A stretch of 64,000 bases of DNA from an uncultured Acidobacteriota bacterium (lineage in GTDB: Bacteria > Acidobacteriota > UBA6911): NCBI GenBank assembly GCA_963809485.1, contig CAWEJX010000008.1, positions 320,001-384,000 on the forward strand, read 5' to 3'. The notes under the pieces were generated by a model. It made no database searches and was not told the DNA's origin. It saw nothing but the letters and a program-made list of their open reading frames with translations. Numbering within the stretch: position 1 is the stretch's first letter; every line of letters starts with the position of its first letter. Positions 1 to 10,181 of the stretch are shown here, piece after piece. A program made the translations under genes and the position numbers.

Positions 1-1115
1 GACGGTGTTGGAGGATTTACTCCTGAAATTTTCGGTTCGGCTCCCGCCTGAAGATGGTTTTTTTGAATTCTTTCTCGCCAGGTTTGCAGCTCCTGATCCT
101 TCCAGGCAGAAGCTCTGCTTCTGAATAGTTCATCGCGCTGAAGAAGCAAGTCCAGAAAAGCCTTTATGTCACCCGCGATCTGGAGGTCGGCGGGATAATT
201 GACTCCCAGGACTTCAGGCGAACGATCCACATGAATCAGCTTATTCGCCGGCACGCGAAGCCCGAAACCATGACTCCCGTTTTGTGAGAATTTGCATCCC
301 ATGGCTATCAGGAGGTCACAGGATTCAATCAACTGATTAATAAGCTCCGCGCCTCCGGAGCCGGAATCTGAAACAAACGCCAGTCTGTTGCTTTCAGGGA
401 CAATGCCACGCCCCGATGTGGTAGACAGTACGGGCGATCCCAATCGTTCCGCCAGATCGCATACCCGCGCCGCTGCGCCGATGCAGCCGGCCCCCACATA
501 AAGGATCGCTTTCCTGGACGCTTTTATAATTTCGGCCGCCCGGTCCATGGATACGGATTCCGGGCATGATGAGACCGCCGCCTTAACCGGAATGTTTGCC
601 AATGAAAGGGGCGCTACCTGAGTAAGCAATGAGTTGCTTACTTCAACCAGAACGGGGCCCGGTTCTCCGGCACCTGCAGCGCTATAGGCTTCGTCGATAG
701 TCAAGGAGAGGTCGGCGATCTCGTCAACGGAATAAACCTCCTTGACAAGCGGACGTGCTATGGACTTTTGATCGATACTCTGCGTTCTAAAACGCTTTTC
801 GGTTGTATCAGCAGATTTGCCTGCTATCCATAAGACAGCCGCCGAATCAAGAAATGCCTCCCCTATTCCTGTAAGGGCATAGGTAAAACCAGGCCCGGGA
901 ATGGTGACAACCACACCGGCCTTGCCGCAGGATCTGAAATAGCCGCACGCCATGAAAGCGGCGGCGAGTTCGCTGGTTGCGAGGATTGTCCTGATCGAGG
1001 ATCTTCGCAACGCCTCGTAGAGCGCCACATTTTGGGAGCCCGGGAGCCCAAAAATATACTCGACACCCAGGCGCTTGAGGGTTGAGCAAATCAGCTGGCT
1101 TCCATTCATTACCAT
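1..1115 (-). CDS. Thiamine pyrophosphate-binding protein (acetolactate synthase-like), runs off the left edge
   Basis: Manual translation from 1115: MVMNGSQLICSTLKRLGVEYIFGLPGSQNVALYEAL...ELAAAFMACGY...TIPGPGFT, a typical TPP-enzyme N-terminus. Absent from the ORF track, presumably because it has no stop inside the window. Confidence 0.85.
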   Translation of the reverse strand, partial: MVMNGSQLICSTLKRLGVEYIFGLPGSQNVALYEALRRSSIRTILATSELAAAFMACGYFRSCGKAGVVVTIPGPGFTYALTGIGEAFLDSAAVLWIAGKSADTTEKRFRTQSIDQKSIARPLVKEVYSVDEIADLSLTIDEAYSAAGAGEPGPVLVEVSNSLLTQVAPLSLANIPVKAAVSSCPESVSMDRAAEIIKASRKAILYVGAGCIGAAARVCDLAERLGSPVLSTTSGRGIVPESNRLAFVSDSGSGGAELINQLIESCDLLIAMGCKFSQNGSHGFGLRVPANKLIHVDRSPEVLGVNYPADLQIAGDIKAFLDLLLQRDELFRSRASAWKDQELQTWRERIQKNHLQAGAEPKISGVNPPTP

Positions 1116-1119
1116 CGCC

Positions 1120-2181
1120 CTATACTTGATTGCGGCTTGGGTTCATCCTTTGGAGTTTACGAATACCTCGCTGTCCCAGACGCAGAATGCTCCGGCCCGT
1201 CCTGTAAAATCGGTCCAAAATCGACTCAGGAGCCGTCAGCACCAGACACATTGCAAGATCTCCCCCTAACTGGCTTTTAAAATGTGTCACGGGTCCCAGT
1301 GCCGCATCCGTGAGATCGTTTGCTGTATATCCCATAGCTGACAGCGACTCGAAGACCTTCCAGCGCAGAAAGGCGTTCGCGCCCATCTGCTGGAATTCCC
1401 TGTCTGCTGCCGCGCTGACAGTATGCGCACAGAAGTGCGGTCCCAGCAAGACGAGCTGGGAGGCAATCGAACGTCCATCCGGCAGTCTTGCATGAAAAAG
1501 CCGGCAGAGTTTCTGAGATCTCAGGCTTTCGAAATACCGTCGAAAAGAATCCTGGGGAAGATACAGAGATGCACCCTTTCTTTCCACGGTCTGCACATGC
1601 ATAGCATAGAAACTGCTGAAATCATCATCCTCCGTGAACTGGATTTCCTCCTGCCGACATCGATTGATCAGGCGCCTCAGGTTCTGCTCAAGACGGTTCC
1701 AGAGCGCATCCAGGTCGGCTAATGGAACCACATAGGTGTATGTAGGCCGGACGGACCACCCTCGATTCAGAAACAGGCGTGCATCTGCGAAGGCGCCTTG
1801 ATTTTTCAGCACAACCCTCGTGTACCCAAAACTGCCGATTTCCCGCTCTATTGCCTCCATAGTTTCCAGGGAGCGCGCGGTTCGCTGGGATGGGTATTTG
1901 GTCTGATACTCGCGAAGAACAAGGCCGTTGTAGTAAAGGAGAAGCCGTGTCGAGACATAGGTTCCAGAAGTGGTTTTGACTTCATAAAGCCCTACCCCTC
2001 CCGCCAGTTCATCGCCCCTTCGCACGGCAAGAATCCTGAAGGTCGCGCCGGTCACGGAACACAATATTTTCAGGTAGCCGGATGAGCTGTAAATGCTGCC
2101 GAGCGGTGAGGTGGAGACGAACCTGTCCCATTCCTCAAACTCGGATTCAGCCAGAATATGTGTCGATAATCGAGTGCCCAA
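1120..2181 (-). CDS. GNAT/FemAB-like acyltransferase
   Basis: EWDRFV...GSIY N-terminus, NLRRLINRC, and C-terminal DLTDAALGPVTHFKSQLGG resembling the FemAB/BioF2-like GNAT motif. Confidence 0.7.
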   Translation of the reverse strand: MGTRLSTHILAESEFEEWDRFVSTSPLGSIYSSSGYLKILCSVTGATFRILAVRRGDELAGGVGLYEVKTTSGTYVSTRLLLYYNGLVLREYQTKYPSQRTARSLETMEAIEREIGSFGYTRVVLKNQGAFADARLFLNRGWSVRPTYTYVVPLADLDALWNRLEQNLRRLINRCRQEEIQFTEDDDFSSFYAMHVQTVERKGASLYLPQDSFRRYFESLRSQKLCRLFHARLPDGRSIASQLVLLGPHFCAHTVSAAADREFQQMGANAFLRWKVFESLSAMGYTANDLTDAALGPVTHFKSQLGGDLAMCLVLTAPESILDRFYRTGRSILRLGQRGIRKLQRMNPSRNQV

Positions 2182-2508
2182 TTCTCACCGCCTGATGCAT
2201 CCAAAAGCCCTATAAACGTTCATCGGCATCACAGAGTAACTATGTCAGCATTCATCGCCGCTTGAATCAGCTCACAACTGCACTGTTAAATCCATGGACT
2301 GTCACCCCCGATACTTTCCTCCCAAATTTGAGGTATCGCCGGTGAAACAGGCATGACAGCGGAGTAGCACCTGCAGGTTACAGGTCTCAAATCGCCAATA
2401 GGGACATATTTACATGCTTTTCCGAAGCTGCCCTGGAAAACCACCGGTCGTTGCAGAACTCCAGGAGAGAGCTCCTAGAACATCGGCTGGGATCCATCAC
2501 CGGCACTG

Positions 2509-2534
2509 AAAAAATGCCGGGTATATACCCGGCA
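2509..2534 (-). terminator. Rho-independent terminator after the pot operon
   Basis: Minus strand TGCCGGGTATATACCCGGCA hairpin followed by TTTTTT, about 110 bp after the potD stop. Confidence 0.65.
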
Positions 2535-2645
2535 GATTCCTACTTCCACATCGGAATCAGCACCGTATCTCTTTAGTTCCGAACGTGATCCTGGGCACGA
2601 TGGGCAATCAAAACTGAACGAATCTGGCGGCGTAATCCTCCCGCC

Positions 2646-3680
2646 TCAGTCAGCGGCTTTGATCTGGTCCCAGATCCTGTTGTACTTGGCCGTGTCCTGT
2701 CCCAGATCGTCGATCACCTCACATTTGGCCTTTACCTCGGGAGCCAGGAATACGGCAGGGTTGTTGCGCAACGCGGAGTCCACCTTGGGGTAACTCGACT
2801 GGTTGGGGCACACATAGGAAAGGAAATTGGTATTTTCGGCTGCCACGTCCGGGTCATGAATGAAGTTTATGAAAGCATGGGCCAGCCGCGATTCCTTCGA
2901 ATCCTTCATGATGACCAGGTCGTCACATGAAATGGAGGTGCCTTCCATGGGGATTACGAAATCGACATCGGGGTTTTCCTTTTGCACCTGCAGAAGATCC
3001 CCGCTGTATCCGTGCACCAGTAAAAACTCTCCCGTGGCGACCCCGCTCTTGTATTGTTCGGATTCAAATTTTGCCAGGTTCTTTTTCCATCCAATCACCA
3101 CATCGCGGGCGGCCTCCAGTTCCTTATCATTGCGGGAATTCAAACTGTAACCCAGGAATTTCAATGCAGCGCCGACCGTCTCCCGCATGTCGTTGAGCAT
3201 GGTCATACGGCCCTTGAGGTTTGCCCGGTTAAACATCTTCCAGGACGGAATGAAGTCCTGAACCTTGCCCTTTTGGAAGGCGATGCCGGAATTGGTCAGC
3301 ATATAGGGCACGCTATGCTGCATTTGAGGATCCATGGCAATCTGCAGATAGTCGGCGTCGACATGCTTCAGATTCGGCAATTGGGCCCGGTCCAGAGTCA
3401 GCAGATAGCCCTGATCGAACATGATCTTAACAAAATAGCTGCTCGGGGTCAGAAGGTCGTAGCCGGTGGCTCCCGCCTTGATCTTGGCGTACATCGATTC
3501 ATTGGATTCGAATGTGTCGATGATGATCCGGCATTGGTGTTCTTTCTCGAAGCGCTCGAGCAGCTCCGGCTTGAAATAATCCGCCCAGGTGTAGATCTTC
3601 AATTCCGGAGTCTTGCGCCGGCAGCCCGCCGGCATCCAGCAAAGAACAATCATGCATAAAATCAGGGACCGGATTTTCAT
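2646..3680 (-). CDS. potD: Spermidine/putrescine ABC transporter substrate-binding lipoprotein
   Basis: Lipobox MPAGC; YTWADY, FESNESMYAK, GYDLLTPS and EGTSISCDDL motifs; last gene of the operon. Confidence 0.9.
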   Translation of the reverse strand: MKIRSLILCMIVLCWMPAGCRRKTPELKIYTWADYFKPELLERFEKEHQCRIIIDTFESNESMYAKIKAGATGYDLLTPSSYFVKIMFDQGYLLTLDRAQLPNLKHVDADYLQIAMDPQMQHSVPYMLTNSGIAFQKGKVQDFIPSWKMFNRANLKGRMTMLNDMRETVGAALKFLGYSLNSRNDKELEAARDVVIGWKKNLAKFESEQYKSGVATGEFLLVHGYSGDLLQVQKENPDVDFVIPMEGTSISCDDLVIMKDSKESRLAHAFINFIHDPDVAAENTNFLSYVCPNQSSYPKVDSALRNNPAVFLAPEVKAKCEVIDDLGQDTAKYNRIWDQIKAAD

Positions 3681-4447
3681 GGGACCTCCTTGGTTAACCT
3701 TTGGCTGAAAAAGACAGCCAGAAAAGTGACCAGCAAAAGGATAGAGGAAAGGGCGTTGATCAATGGCGGCGATCCGTGCTTGATCATGCTGTAAATGCGT
3801 ATGGGCAGGGTTGTGGAACCGGGGCCGGCCACAAAGAAGGTGATTACAAAATCGTCAATGGAGAGAGTGAAGGCCAAAAGCCCTCCCGCCACGATGCCGG
3901 GCATCAGCAGCGGCAACAGGACGCGCCACAGCGTTGTCCACCAGCCGGCCCCCAAATCCTGTGCAGCTTCGACGATGGCATAATCGAAATCCTGAAGGCG
4001 TCCCAGCACAACCATGGCGACGTAGCTGATGCAAAAGGTGACATGAGCCAGAAAAATGGTGAAAAGGCCCAGCTCCAGCTGCAGCGCGGCGAAGAAGAGC
4101 AGCAGGCTGATACCCATCAGGATTTCAGGAACCACCAGAGGGGTATAAATCAGGATGTAATGAAATTTTTGCAGGCGCGAGGAAAACCGGTGCAGGGCGA
4201 TGGCTGCAGTGGTCCCCAACACGAGGGATACGGCTGTTGCCGAGAACGCGATCACCAGGCTGTTGGTCAGGGCATGCCATATCTCCCGCTCCCGGCAGAG
4301 TTGCCGGTACCAGTGCAGCGACCAGCCATTCCAGGAACCGCCGAAGCGGGAGCTGTTAAAGGAATAGAGGACCAGGATGAAAATCGGCAGGTAGAAGAAG
4401 AGCAGCAGGATCCAGGTGACGATCAGCGGGAACCGGCTGCGCTTCAT
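3677..4447 (-). CDS. potC: Polyamine ABC transporter permease
   Basis: YLPIFILVLYSFN, EAAQDLGA (EAA motif), FTLSIDDF, TTLP. Confidence 0.9.
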   Translation of the reverse strand: MKRSRFPLIVTWILLLFFYLPIFILVLYSFNSSRFGGSWNGWSLHWYRQLCREREIWHALTNSLVIAFSATAVSLVLGTTAAIALHRFSSRLQKFHYILIYTPLVVPEILMGISLLLFFAALQLELGLFTIFLAHVTFCISYVAMVVLGRLQDFDYAIVEAAQDLGAGWWTTLWRVLLPLLMPGIVAGGLLAFTLSIDDFVITFFVAGPGSTTLPIRIYSMIKHGSPPLINALSSILLLVTFLAVFFSQRLTKEVP

Positions 4448-5322
4448 GCATCCTCCTCGATCAGCGGGGCAGCCTCCCCCTTTTTCCTCTGCAACACCAG
4501 GACCGCCAGCAAGGGAAGCAGTACGGCCAGGATGAGGAGGGCTGAAAGGCCGCTGGCATGCGGCAGATTGCGATCGACAAAAACCCTCTGGGCGATTTTA
4601 TTGCCGAGCATTTCCCCGCCCGGTCCGCCGACAATGTCGGGGATGACATAAGATCCCAGAGCGGGGATGAAGACCACCAGGATAGCGGTCCATAAACCTC
4701 GCCGGATCCCAGGCAGGAAAATAAAGAGCCAGGACTGCCATCGGCGAGCGCCCAAATCCTGCGCCGCCTCAAGCAGCCGGAATTCGAATTTCTCCGCGGC
4801 GGCATAAATCGGCAGGATGGCAAAAGGCAAAAATGTGTACACCATTACCAGCCAGACTGCCCAGGCGTTGTATAGCAATGAAGCTTCCGGCTGAACCAGA
4901 TGCAGGAACACCATCCCTTTCTTGACCAGGCCCTCGGGGTGGAGAAGGATTTTCCAGGCGAAAATACGGATCAGGAAGCTCGTCCAGAAGGGGATGATCA
5001 CCAAAAGGAGCAGGATCTGCCGCCAGCGCCGGTCGGTCCGCGCCAGGCAGTAACCGGCCGGGATTGCCAGAAGGATGCAGGCGGCCGTCGTCAGCAGGCT
5101 GAGGTACAGAGTGCGCCAAATGATGACGGCGTAATCCGCCTTGCACAGGCTGCGCAGGGTTTCCATCGTCCAGCTCGCCCCGATCCCTCCGTAAAGGTCC
5201 GGCGGTTTGAAGGCGATGGCAAACACAATGAGCGTGGGAATCAGGAAAAGGAAGATAAGCCAGAGCAGGGATGGAGCCGTCACCAGCCATTCTTGCACCT
5301 TTTTTTTCCCCGCCGCATTCAT
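4444..5322 (-). CDS. potB: Polyamine ABC transporter permease (start trimmed to ATG 5322)
   Basis: IIPFWTSFLIRIFAW, LPFAILPIY, EAAQDLGA; the longer ORF overlaps potA. Confidence 0.9.
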   Translation of the reverse strand: MNAAGKKKVQEWLVTAPSLLWLIFLFLIPTLIVFAIAFKPPDLYGGIGASWTMETLRSLCKADYAVIIWRTLYLSLLTTAACILLAIPAGYCLARTDRRWRQILLLLVIIPFWTSFLIRIFAWKILLHPEGLVKKGMVFLHLVQPEASLLYNAWAVWLVMVYTFLPFAILPIYAAAEKFEFRLLEAAQDLGARRWQSWLFIFLPGIRRGLWTAILVVFIPALGSYVIPDIVGGPGGEMLGNKIAQRVFVDRNLPHASGLSALLILAVLLPLLAVLVLQRKKGEAAPLIEEDA

Positions 5323-5347
5323 GGCTAATGACCTATGTAAAACCGGT

Positions 5348-6535
5348 TCAGGATTCGCCCTGCGTTTCGTCCGCCAAACCGCTTTCTCCCACCTTCTGCG
5401 GAGGCAGGTTTGTGAGCTTTTCATCCGATTCGCTGTAACGCTCGAGCATGAAGCCGTCATCCGCATGCCAGCTGATCCAGACATCCTCATGCCAGCGTAT
5501 TGGAGTTTCATCCAGAAGGAAACGGCTGTGCTGACGAAAAACCGCCAGCCTGTAATCCTGGATCCGCACCCAGTATTTGGTGTGCGTCCCCAGATAAATG
5601 ACATCTTCCACGTGCGCCCGCATTTTATTGTGGCGGCCATCCACAGCCGGCTCCTCGCGGGAGATGTTGAATTTTTCCGGCCGGATGCTCAAATAGACAG
5701 GATTGCCTTTGCCGATCTGCTTGTCGTTGAAACAGAGTACGTCAGGGAAGCCCTCAATTTTAAGACGGCTGTAATCACTTTCCGGCATGTCGGCCACTTC
5801 CCCCTCGAAGAAATTGGTGTCCCCGATGAAGGCCGCCACAAAGCTGCTCCGGGGGGCCTCATAGATTTCCGCCGGCATGCCCACCTGCTCGATCCGGCCC
5901 TGGTTCATGACGGCGATGCGATCGCTCAGGCTCATGGCTTCCCCCTGGTCATGCGTCACATAGAGGAACGTAATGCCAACCTGGTCGTGGATCAGGTCCA
6001 GTTCGATCAGCATGCGTTGCCTGAGCTTCAAGTCCAGCGCCGCGAGAGGCTCGTCCAGCAGAAGCACCTGCGGGCGGTTGATCAGCGCCCGGGCAACCGC
6101 CACTCGTTGCTTCTGCCCTCCGCTGATCTGTTCAGGGCGCTTGTGGGCCTGGTCCTCCATCTGTATGAGATGAAGCATGCGGCCCACTTCCTCTTCCATT
6201 TCTCTTTTGGGGATCTTGGAAATCCGCAGGCCGAAGGCGATATTTTCCCAAACCGTAAGATGAGGGAAGAGGGCGTAATTCTGGAAGATGGTGTTGACTT
6301 TGCGCTTGTGAGGAGGCAAGGACGTAATGTCCTCGCCGTCCAGCAGAACCCTGCCGCTGTCGGGCTGTTCGAAACCTGCCAGGATGCGAAGCAAAGTCGT
6401 TTTGCCGCAGCCGCTGGGGCCTAAAAGAGAAAAGAATTCTCCTTTTCGAATGGAGAGCGAGACATTGTCCGCAGCCCGCGTTGACCCGAAACGCTTGGAG
6501 AGGTTTTCAAAAACAAGGAAATCCGCCACCTCCAT
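5348..6535 (-). CDS. potA: Polyamine ABC transporter ATP-binding protein
   Basis: GPSGCGKT Walker A, ISGGQKQR signature, LLLDEPL Walker B, FVAAFIG, TOBE-like C-terminus. Confidence 0.92.
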   Translation of the reverse strand: MEVADFLVFENLSKRFGSTRAADNVSLSIRKGEFFSLLGPSGCGKTTLLRILAGFEQPDSGRVLLDGEDITSLPPHKRKVNTIFQNYALFPHLTVWENIAFGLRISKIPKREMEEEVGRMLHLIQMEDQAHKRPEQISGGQKQRVAVARALINRPQVLLLDEPLAALDLKLRQRMLIELDLIHDQVGITFLYVTHDQGEAMSLSDRIAVMNQGRIEQVGMPAEIYEAPRSSFVAAFIGDTNFFEGEVADMPESDYSRLKIEGFPDVLCFNDKQIGKGNPVYLSIRPEKFNISREEPAVDGRHNKMRAHVEDVIYLGTHTKYWVRIQDYRLAVFRQHSRFLLDETPIRWHEDVWISWHADDGFMLERYSESDEKLTNLPPQKVGESGLADETQGES

Positions 6536-6601
6536 CCTCCCCTTCAGAGGTGAAATCTGTAAAAACGCCGCTGCATGCTCCTGCAGCCTCCGGATATCGG
6601 C

Positions 6602-7333
6602 TTATTCCAAACTGAAAGTGAGGGTCGCTCCGCCATATAAGGTATCTCCATGCGGACTCACACTTGCACTGATGATGGCCTGCCGCGCATTCCGGCTCAG
6701 TGAGGTTGAATAGCCGAGCAGCGGTTCCAGGGAAAAACGCTTTCCCAGAGGGATTGTCAAGGATGTCTGGAAATCCGCATTGTAGAAATTGGAGAATTCC
6801 CTTCCCTCATCGTTCAGCCCCATATAAGAGTTTTTCAGCACGTATCCTGCGAAGGCTCTGATGTTCAGAGAAATATCCTTGCCCAGCGGGATTGAGGGCT
6901 CCAGACCTGCTTGAAGATAGGCCCCTTTGCCGGCGTTGACGTCAAAAAATGCCTTGAACGACGGGTTGAGGACATTGGAATGCCCTACGCTGCCATAGAT
7001 CTCGTCGCTGTCCAGATCCTCCAGCACTGCATAGTGGATAAATCCGATCTCATAATTGATGTTCCCGTTTTCACCTGAATAGGCGCCGGTGAAATCAACT
7101 TCAGTCCAGCGGTTGGGATCAAACTGGTAATTGGCCCAAAGGTTGGCGGAAAAACCTTTGCCGCCAACCGTCAGGGAGGGCTGGAAGACTCCATCTTCGC
7201 TCAGGTGAATTCCGCGCCACATATAGTGCGAGAAAACCGATCCCGAAGCTTCGTACTCCAAATCGCCTGCCGTCAGGGCATGTGGAATCCATAGGAGAAC
7301 CAGGAGGAGTAAAAAAAGCGCTTGGCCTTTCAT
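6602..7333 (-). CDS. Exported outer-membrane beta-barrel-like protein (TorF/TIGR02001-like)
   Basis: Signal peptide; SHYMWRG...QPSL...W...EVDF motif; aromatic-rich beta strands; ends YGGATLTFSLE. Confidence 0.6.
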   Translation of the reverse strand: MKGQALFLLLLVLLWIPHALTAGDLEYEASGSVFSHYMWRGIHLSEDGVFQPSLTVGGKGFSANLWANYQFDPNRWTEVDFTGAYSGENGNINYEIGFIHYAVLEDLDSDEIYGSVGHSNVLNPSFKAFFDVNAGKGAYLQAGLEPSIPLGKDISLNIRAFAGYVLKNSYMGLNDEGREFSNFYNADFQTSLTIPLGKRFSLEPLLGYSTSLSRNARQAIISASVSPHGDTLYGGATLTFSLE

Positions 7334-7395
7334 ATCTGAACCTCAATGTGTATGGAAAGGAAAGCGAAAGGAGCCCAACCCTTTCAGAAGGCCGG

Positions 7396-7424
7396 AGTCT
7401 ATGAGGTATACCCAGGGATGTCAA
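7396..7424 (-). promoter_or_regulatory. Sigma70-type promoter for the barrel-pot operon
   Basis: TTGACA (7424-7419), 17-bp spacer, TAGACT (7401-7396), about 60 bp upstream of ATG 7333. Confidence 0.7.
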
Positions 7425-7466
7425 GCCGCTTTTGCCGGCTTGAAAAAGCCACATTCCCATAGTTCT

Positions 7467-7666
7467 ATTGGTAAACCCCCGGCTCTGCCGGGGGACTCAT
7501 AGAGTTTGACAGCTCCGTATTTTGAAACGCTGAGATACGCTGACAAAAGCACTGACAAACGCCGATTTGTTCGGCGAGGGTCGGCGAGCAAGACCAGCGT
7601 ACCTCCTCCAACCGCTTTGAGCGGTTCCAATCTTTCAAGCCTCCGGCTTTGCCGGAGGTGCCTGAC
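7467..7666 (+). mobile_element. Non-autonomous IS200/IS605-end element, copy A (200 bp)
   Basis: Left hairpin CCCCCGGCTCTGCCGGGGG; subterminal AACCGCTTTGAGCGGTT and right hairpin CCTCCGGCTTTGCCGGAGG ending CCTGAC; repeated elsewhere in the window. Confidence 0.75.
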
Positions 7667-7738
7667 ATTCTTTGCGCACTTTCAGCGTAGATCAGCGCAG
7701 TCAAACACCGGTGCAGCATGACTGCATGATTTCCCCCG

Positions 7739-9587
7739 CTAATTCGTTGCGCGCTTTTTCTTCCGCACAAATATTACGGACATTTTGCATTCTTCACAGT
7801 CGAATTTCAGCAGATATTCATGATGCCCGTCGCTGATCCGCAACGGCTCCTTGAAGCCGGCGCGTTGACCGGCCGGACTTAAGGCAGGCGTCCAGCTCAT
7901 GGCGGAGACAGTACCTGGTTCTCATGACCTCTTTCCCTGCTCATTTCCGAAAGGATCTCAAAGGCGGGTTCCAAAACCTCGGCACCGTGGCGGTGATAAA
8001 ATTGCCGGGCATGCTCATTAAGCACATTGGCACGATAATCCAGCTGTTTTTCAGGATAGGGAATGCTGTTGGGCGTGAACGCCGCCGTTTCACGCGGATA
8101 CTTTTCAATCCTGATCCTTGACAAGTTCCGCCAGGACATCCCGTTTGATTCTGTTTAAAAAGCTTATAGGTAAAAATCCGTCGCGGCCGGCAGATATTTA
8201 TCTTTGTTGCCTTAAACGGAGTGTTGCCCGTGCTGGAAAGGTGTTTTTCAATCTGTTCCCGCGCCGCGGACGGATCCCTGGCTTCCTCATAAGGGATATC
8301 AACTACCAATTCCGAGCTATTACCGTCTTCGTCTCTCGCCGAAAGACGAACCGTATCTCCGTCGTGCCGGAAATCCATCTCCACAGCGGACCTGTCTTCG
8401 ACTGGAGATCCTATTCAGTAGGCGGGTCAGCGCGATGTCGTGGTTGCGATACAAGGAGGAGGCCCACGCCAAGATCCTTCATGGTATTGGGAAATACCTT
8501 TGAGTTCTCGACACGCTCAACGCGGAATCCCGAAAGCTCACTCTCCTTGGTGAAGAAGCAGAGCCCATCTCCGTTTTCAAGGTCTGTGCAATCCGTTCTG
8601 AAGAATCCCTTCCCCAGGCTGGTAACGGTCCCAACAGGTTGGCCGATGGACTTCGGGGTATCCATGGAAGCAATCTTCTCTCTCCGGCCGGAGATGAAGT
8701 ATCCCGTGTAATCCCCGGTTAAATGTCTTCGCCGGATCCGGCAAAAATGTCGGTTCGCTCCTGCCGGAACTGCGGCGGCGATAATCCGGATGAGTGCGTA
8801 TGAAGTCATCCAGCGTCCGGCTATAGGCAGCCGTGACATTTTTCACATAATCGATCTCTTTGTATCTTCCTTCAATCTTGAAAGATGTGATTCCGGCGGC
8901 AATCAGATCCGGGATGTCGTTCATCAGGTTCAGATCCTTCAGGGAGAGCAGGAACTTGTCGGAAAGAATCGTGTTGCCGTCACCGTCCGTAAGCGTGTAC
9001 CGCGACCGGCAGGGCTGGGCGCAGACACCGCGGTTTCCGCTGCGCCCTGTGACAGCCTGGCTCATGTAGCATTGCCCGCTGTAGGAGACGCACAGCGCGC
9101 CGTGAACAAAGCATTCCAGTTCAATGCGGGTCCCTTGACGGATGGCGGCAATCTCTTCAAGGGAAAGCTCCCTTGCCAGGATGACCCGTTTGAAACCCAC
9201 GTCCTCGAGGAAGCGGATCTTTTCCGGCGTATCGTTGTGCATCTGAGTGCTGGCGATGAGGGGAATGGGGGGAAGATCCATTTCCAGGAGGCCCGGATCC
9301 TGAATAATCAGTCCGTCCGCGCCCAAATCATGGATTTCCCGGATGACATCCAGAGCTTCAGGAATTTCCTCGTCGGTGAGGATGGTATTGAGAGCGACAT
9401 AGACCCTGGCATAGTAGAGATGCGCATGCCGTATCAATCGGGCGATCTCCTCCGTCTCCACACCTGCATCGGCCCTGGCGCTGAATCGCGGGGCTCCGAC
9501 ATATACGGCGTCCGCTCCGTGATCGATGGCGGCAATGCCGATATCCGCGTTGCCCGCTGGCGCTAAAAGCTCAAGATTTATTTTCAT
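7739..9587 (-). pseudogene. Peptidase U32 family protein (RlhA-like, with C-terminal extension), broken by about 7 frameshifts
   Basis: LELLAPAG, GADAVY, FVHGALCVSYSGQC, NRGVCAQPCR, KIEGR; homology continues through successive frames to ...FDCEECKM...TN* (TAG 7741-7739). Confidence 0.8.
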
Positions 9588-9790
9588 ATGTCCTAACTTG
9601 CCGATGGATCCGCCATTAAAATTCGTTTCCCGTTTCCGGTTTCCCGTTTAAAAAAGTGTCTCATTGGGGAAAATGTACAATAAAGCAGATACTCTTTCCG
9701 GATTTTTTTGGCTTATGTTCTCAGGGGGTATTGCACAGAAAGCGCAAATCTCGGGTCTGTATCAAACAATTGCGATTGATTGAGGCAAAA

Positions 9791-9945
9791 GGCTGGGCGG
9801 CGAAATCCACACCTTTGGCTCAGTCGCCCATACCCCAGTCAGGATGGGGATCTTCTTTGACGTGGCGCCTGAAATGGCAACGGCAAGTGGCCTATAGCGA
9901 AGCTCGTCAGAACCGAGTAAGACCTGCTTTGGAACAGGGCACATC
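9791..9945 (+). ncRNA. OLE RNA-like segment (partial, internally shortened)
   Basis: Colinear blocks GGCTGGGCGGCGAAATCCA, TCAGGATGGGGA, GACGTGGCGCCTGAAAT, AAGTGGCCTATAGCGAAG, GAACCGAGTAAGACCTG, GGAACAGGGC match my recollection of OLE central motifs; intergenic; not verified by a covariance search. Confidence 0.55.
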
Positions 9946-9963
9946 CGTCAGTTCCGGCAGCGA

Positions 9964-10144
9964 GTCAGGCACCTCCGGCAAAGCCGGAGGCTTGTAAGAT
10001 TGGAACCGCTCAAATCGGTTGGAGCAGTTACGCTGGTCTTGAACACTGACTTACGCGAGCAAAAGCCTCATCGGCTTTTGCTCGCCGACCCTCGCCGAAC
10101 AAATCAGCGTTCGTCGGCGCTTCCTTCAGCGTGTGTCGGCGTTA
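9964..10144 (-). mobile_element. IS200-end element, copy B (left hairpin missing)
   Basis: GTCAGGCACCTCCGGCAAAGCCGGAGG, GAACCGCTCAAATCGGTT and a collapsed GCAAAAGCC/TCATCGGCTTTTGC core. Confidence 0.7.
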
Positions 10145-10181
10145 TTTGATCCTGGAGCAGACAGGCACCCCGGATTTTTCA

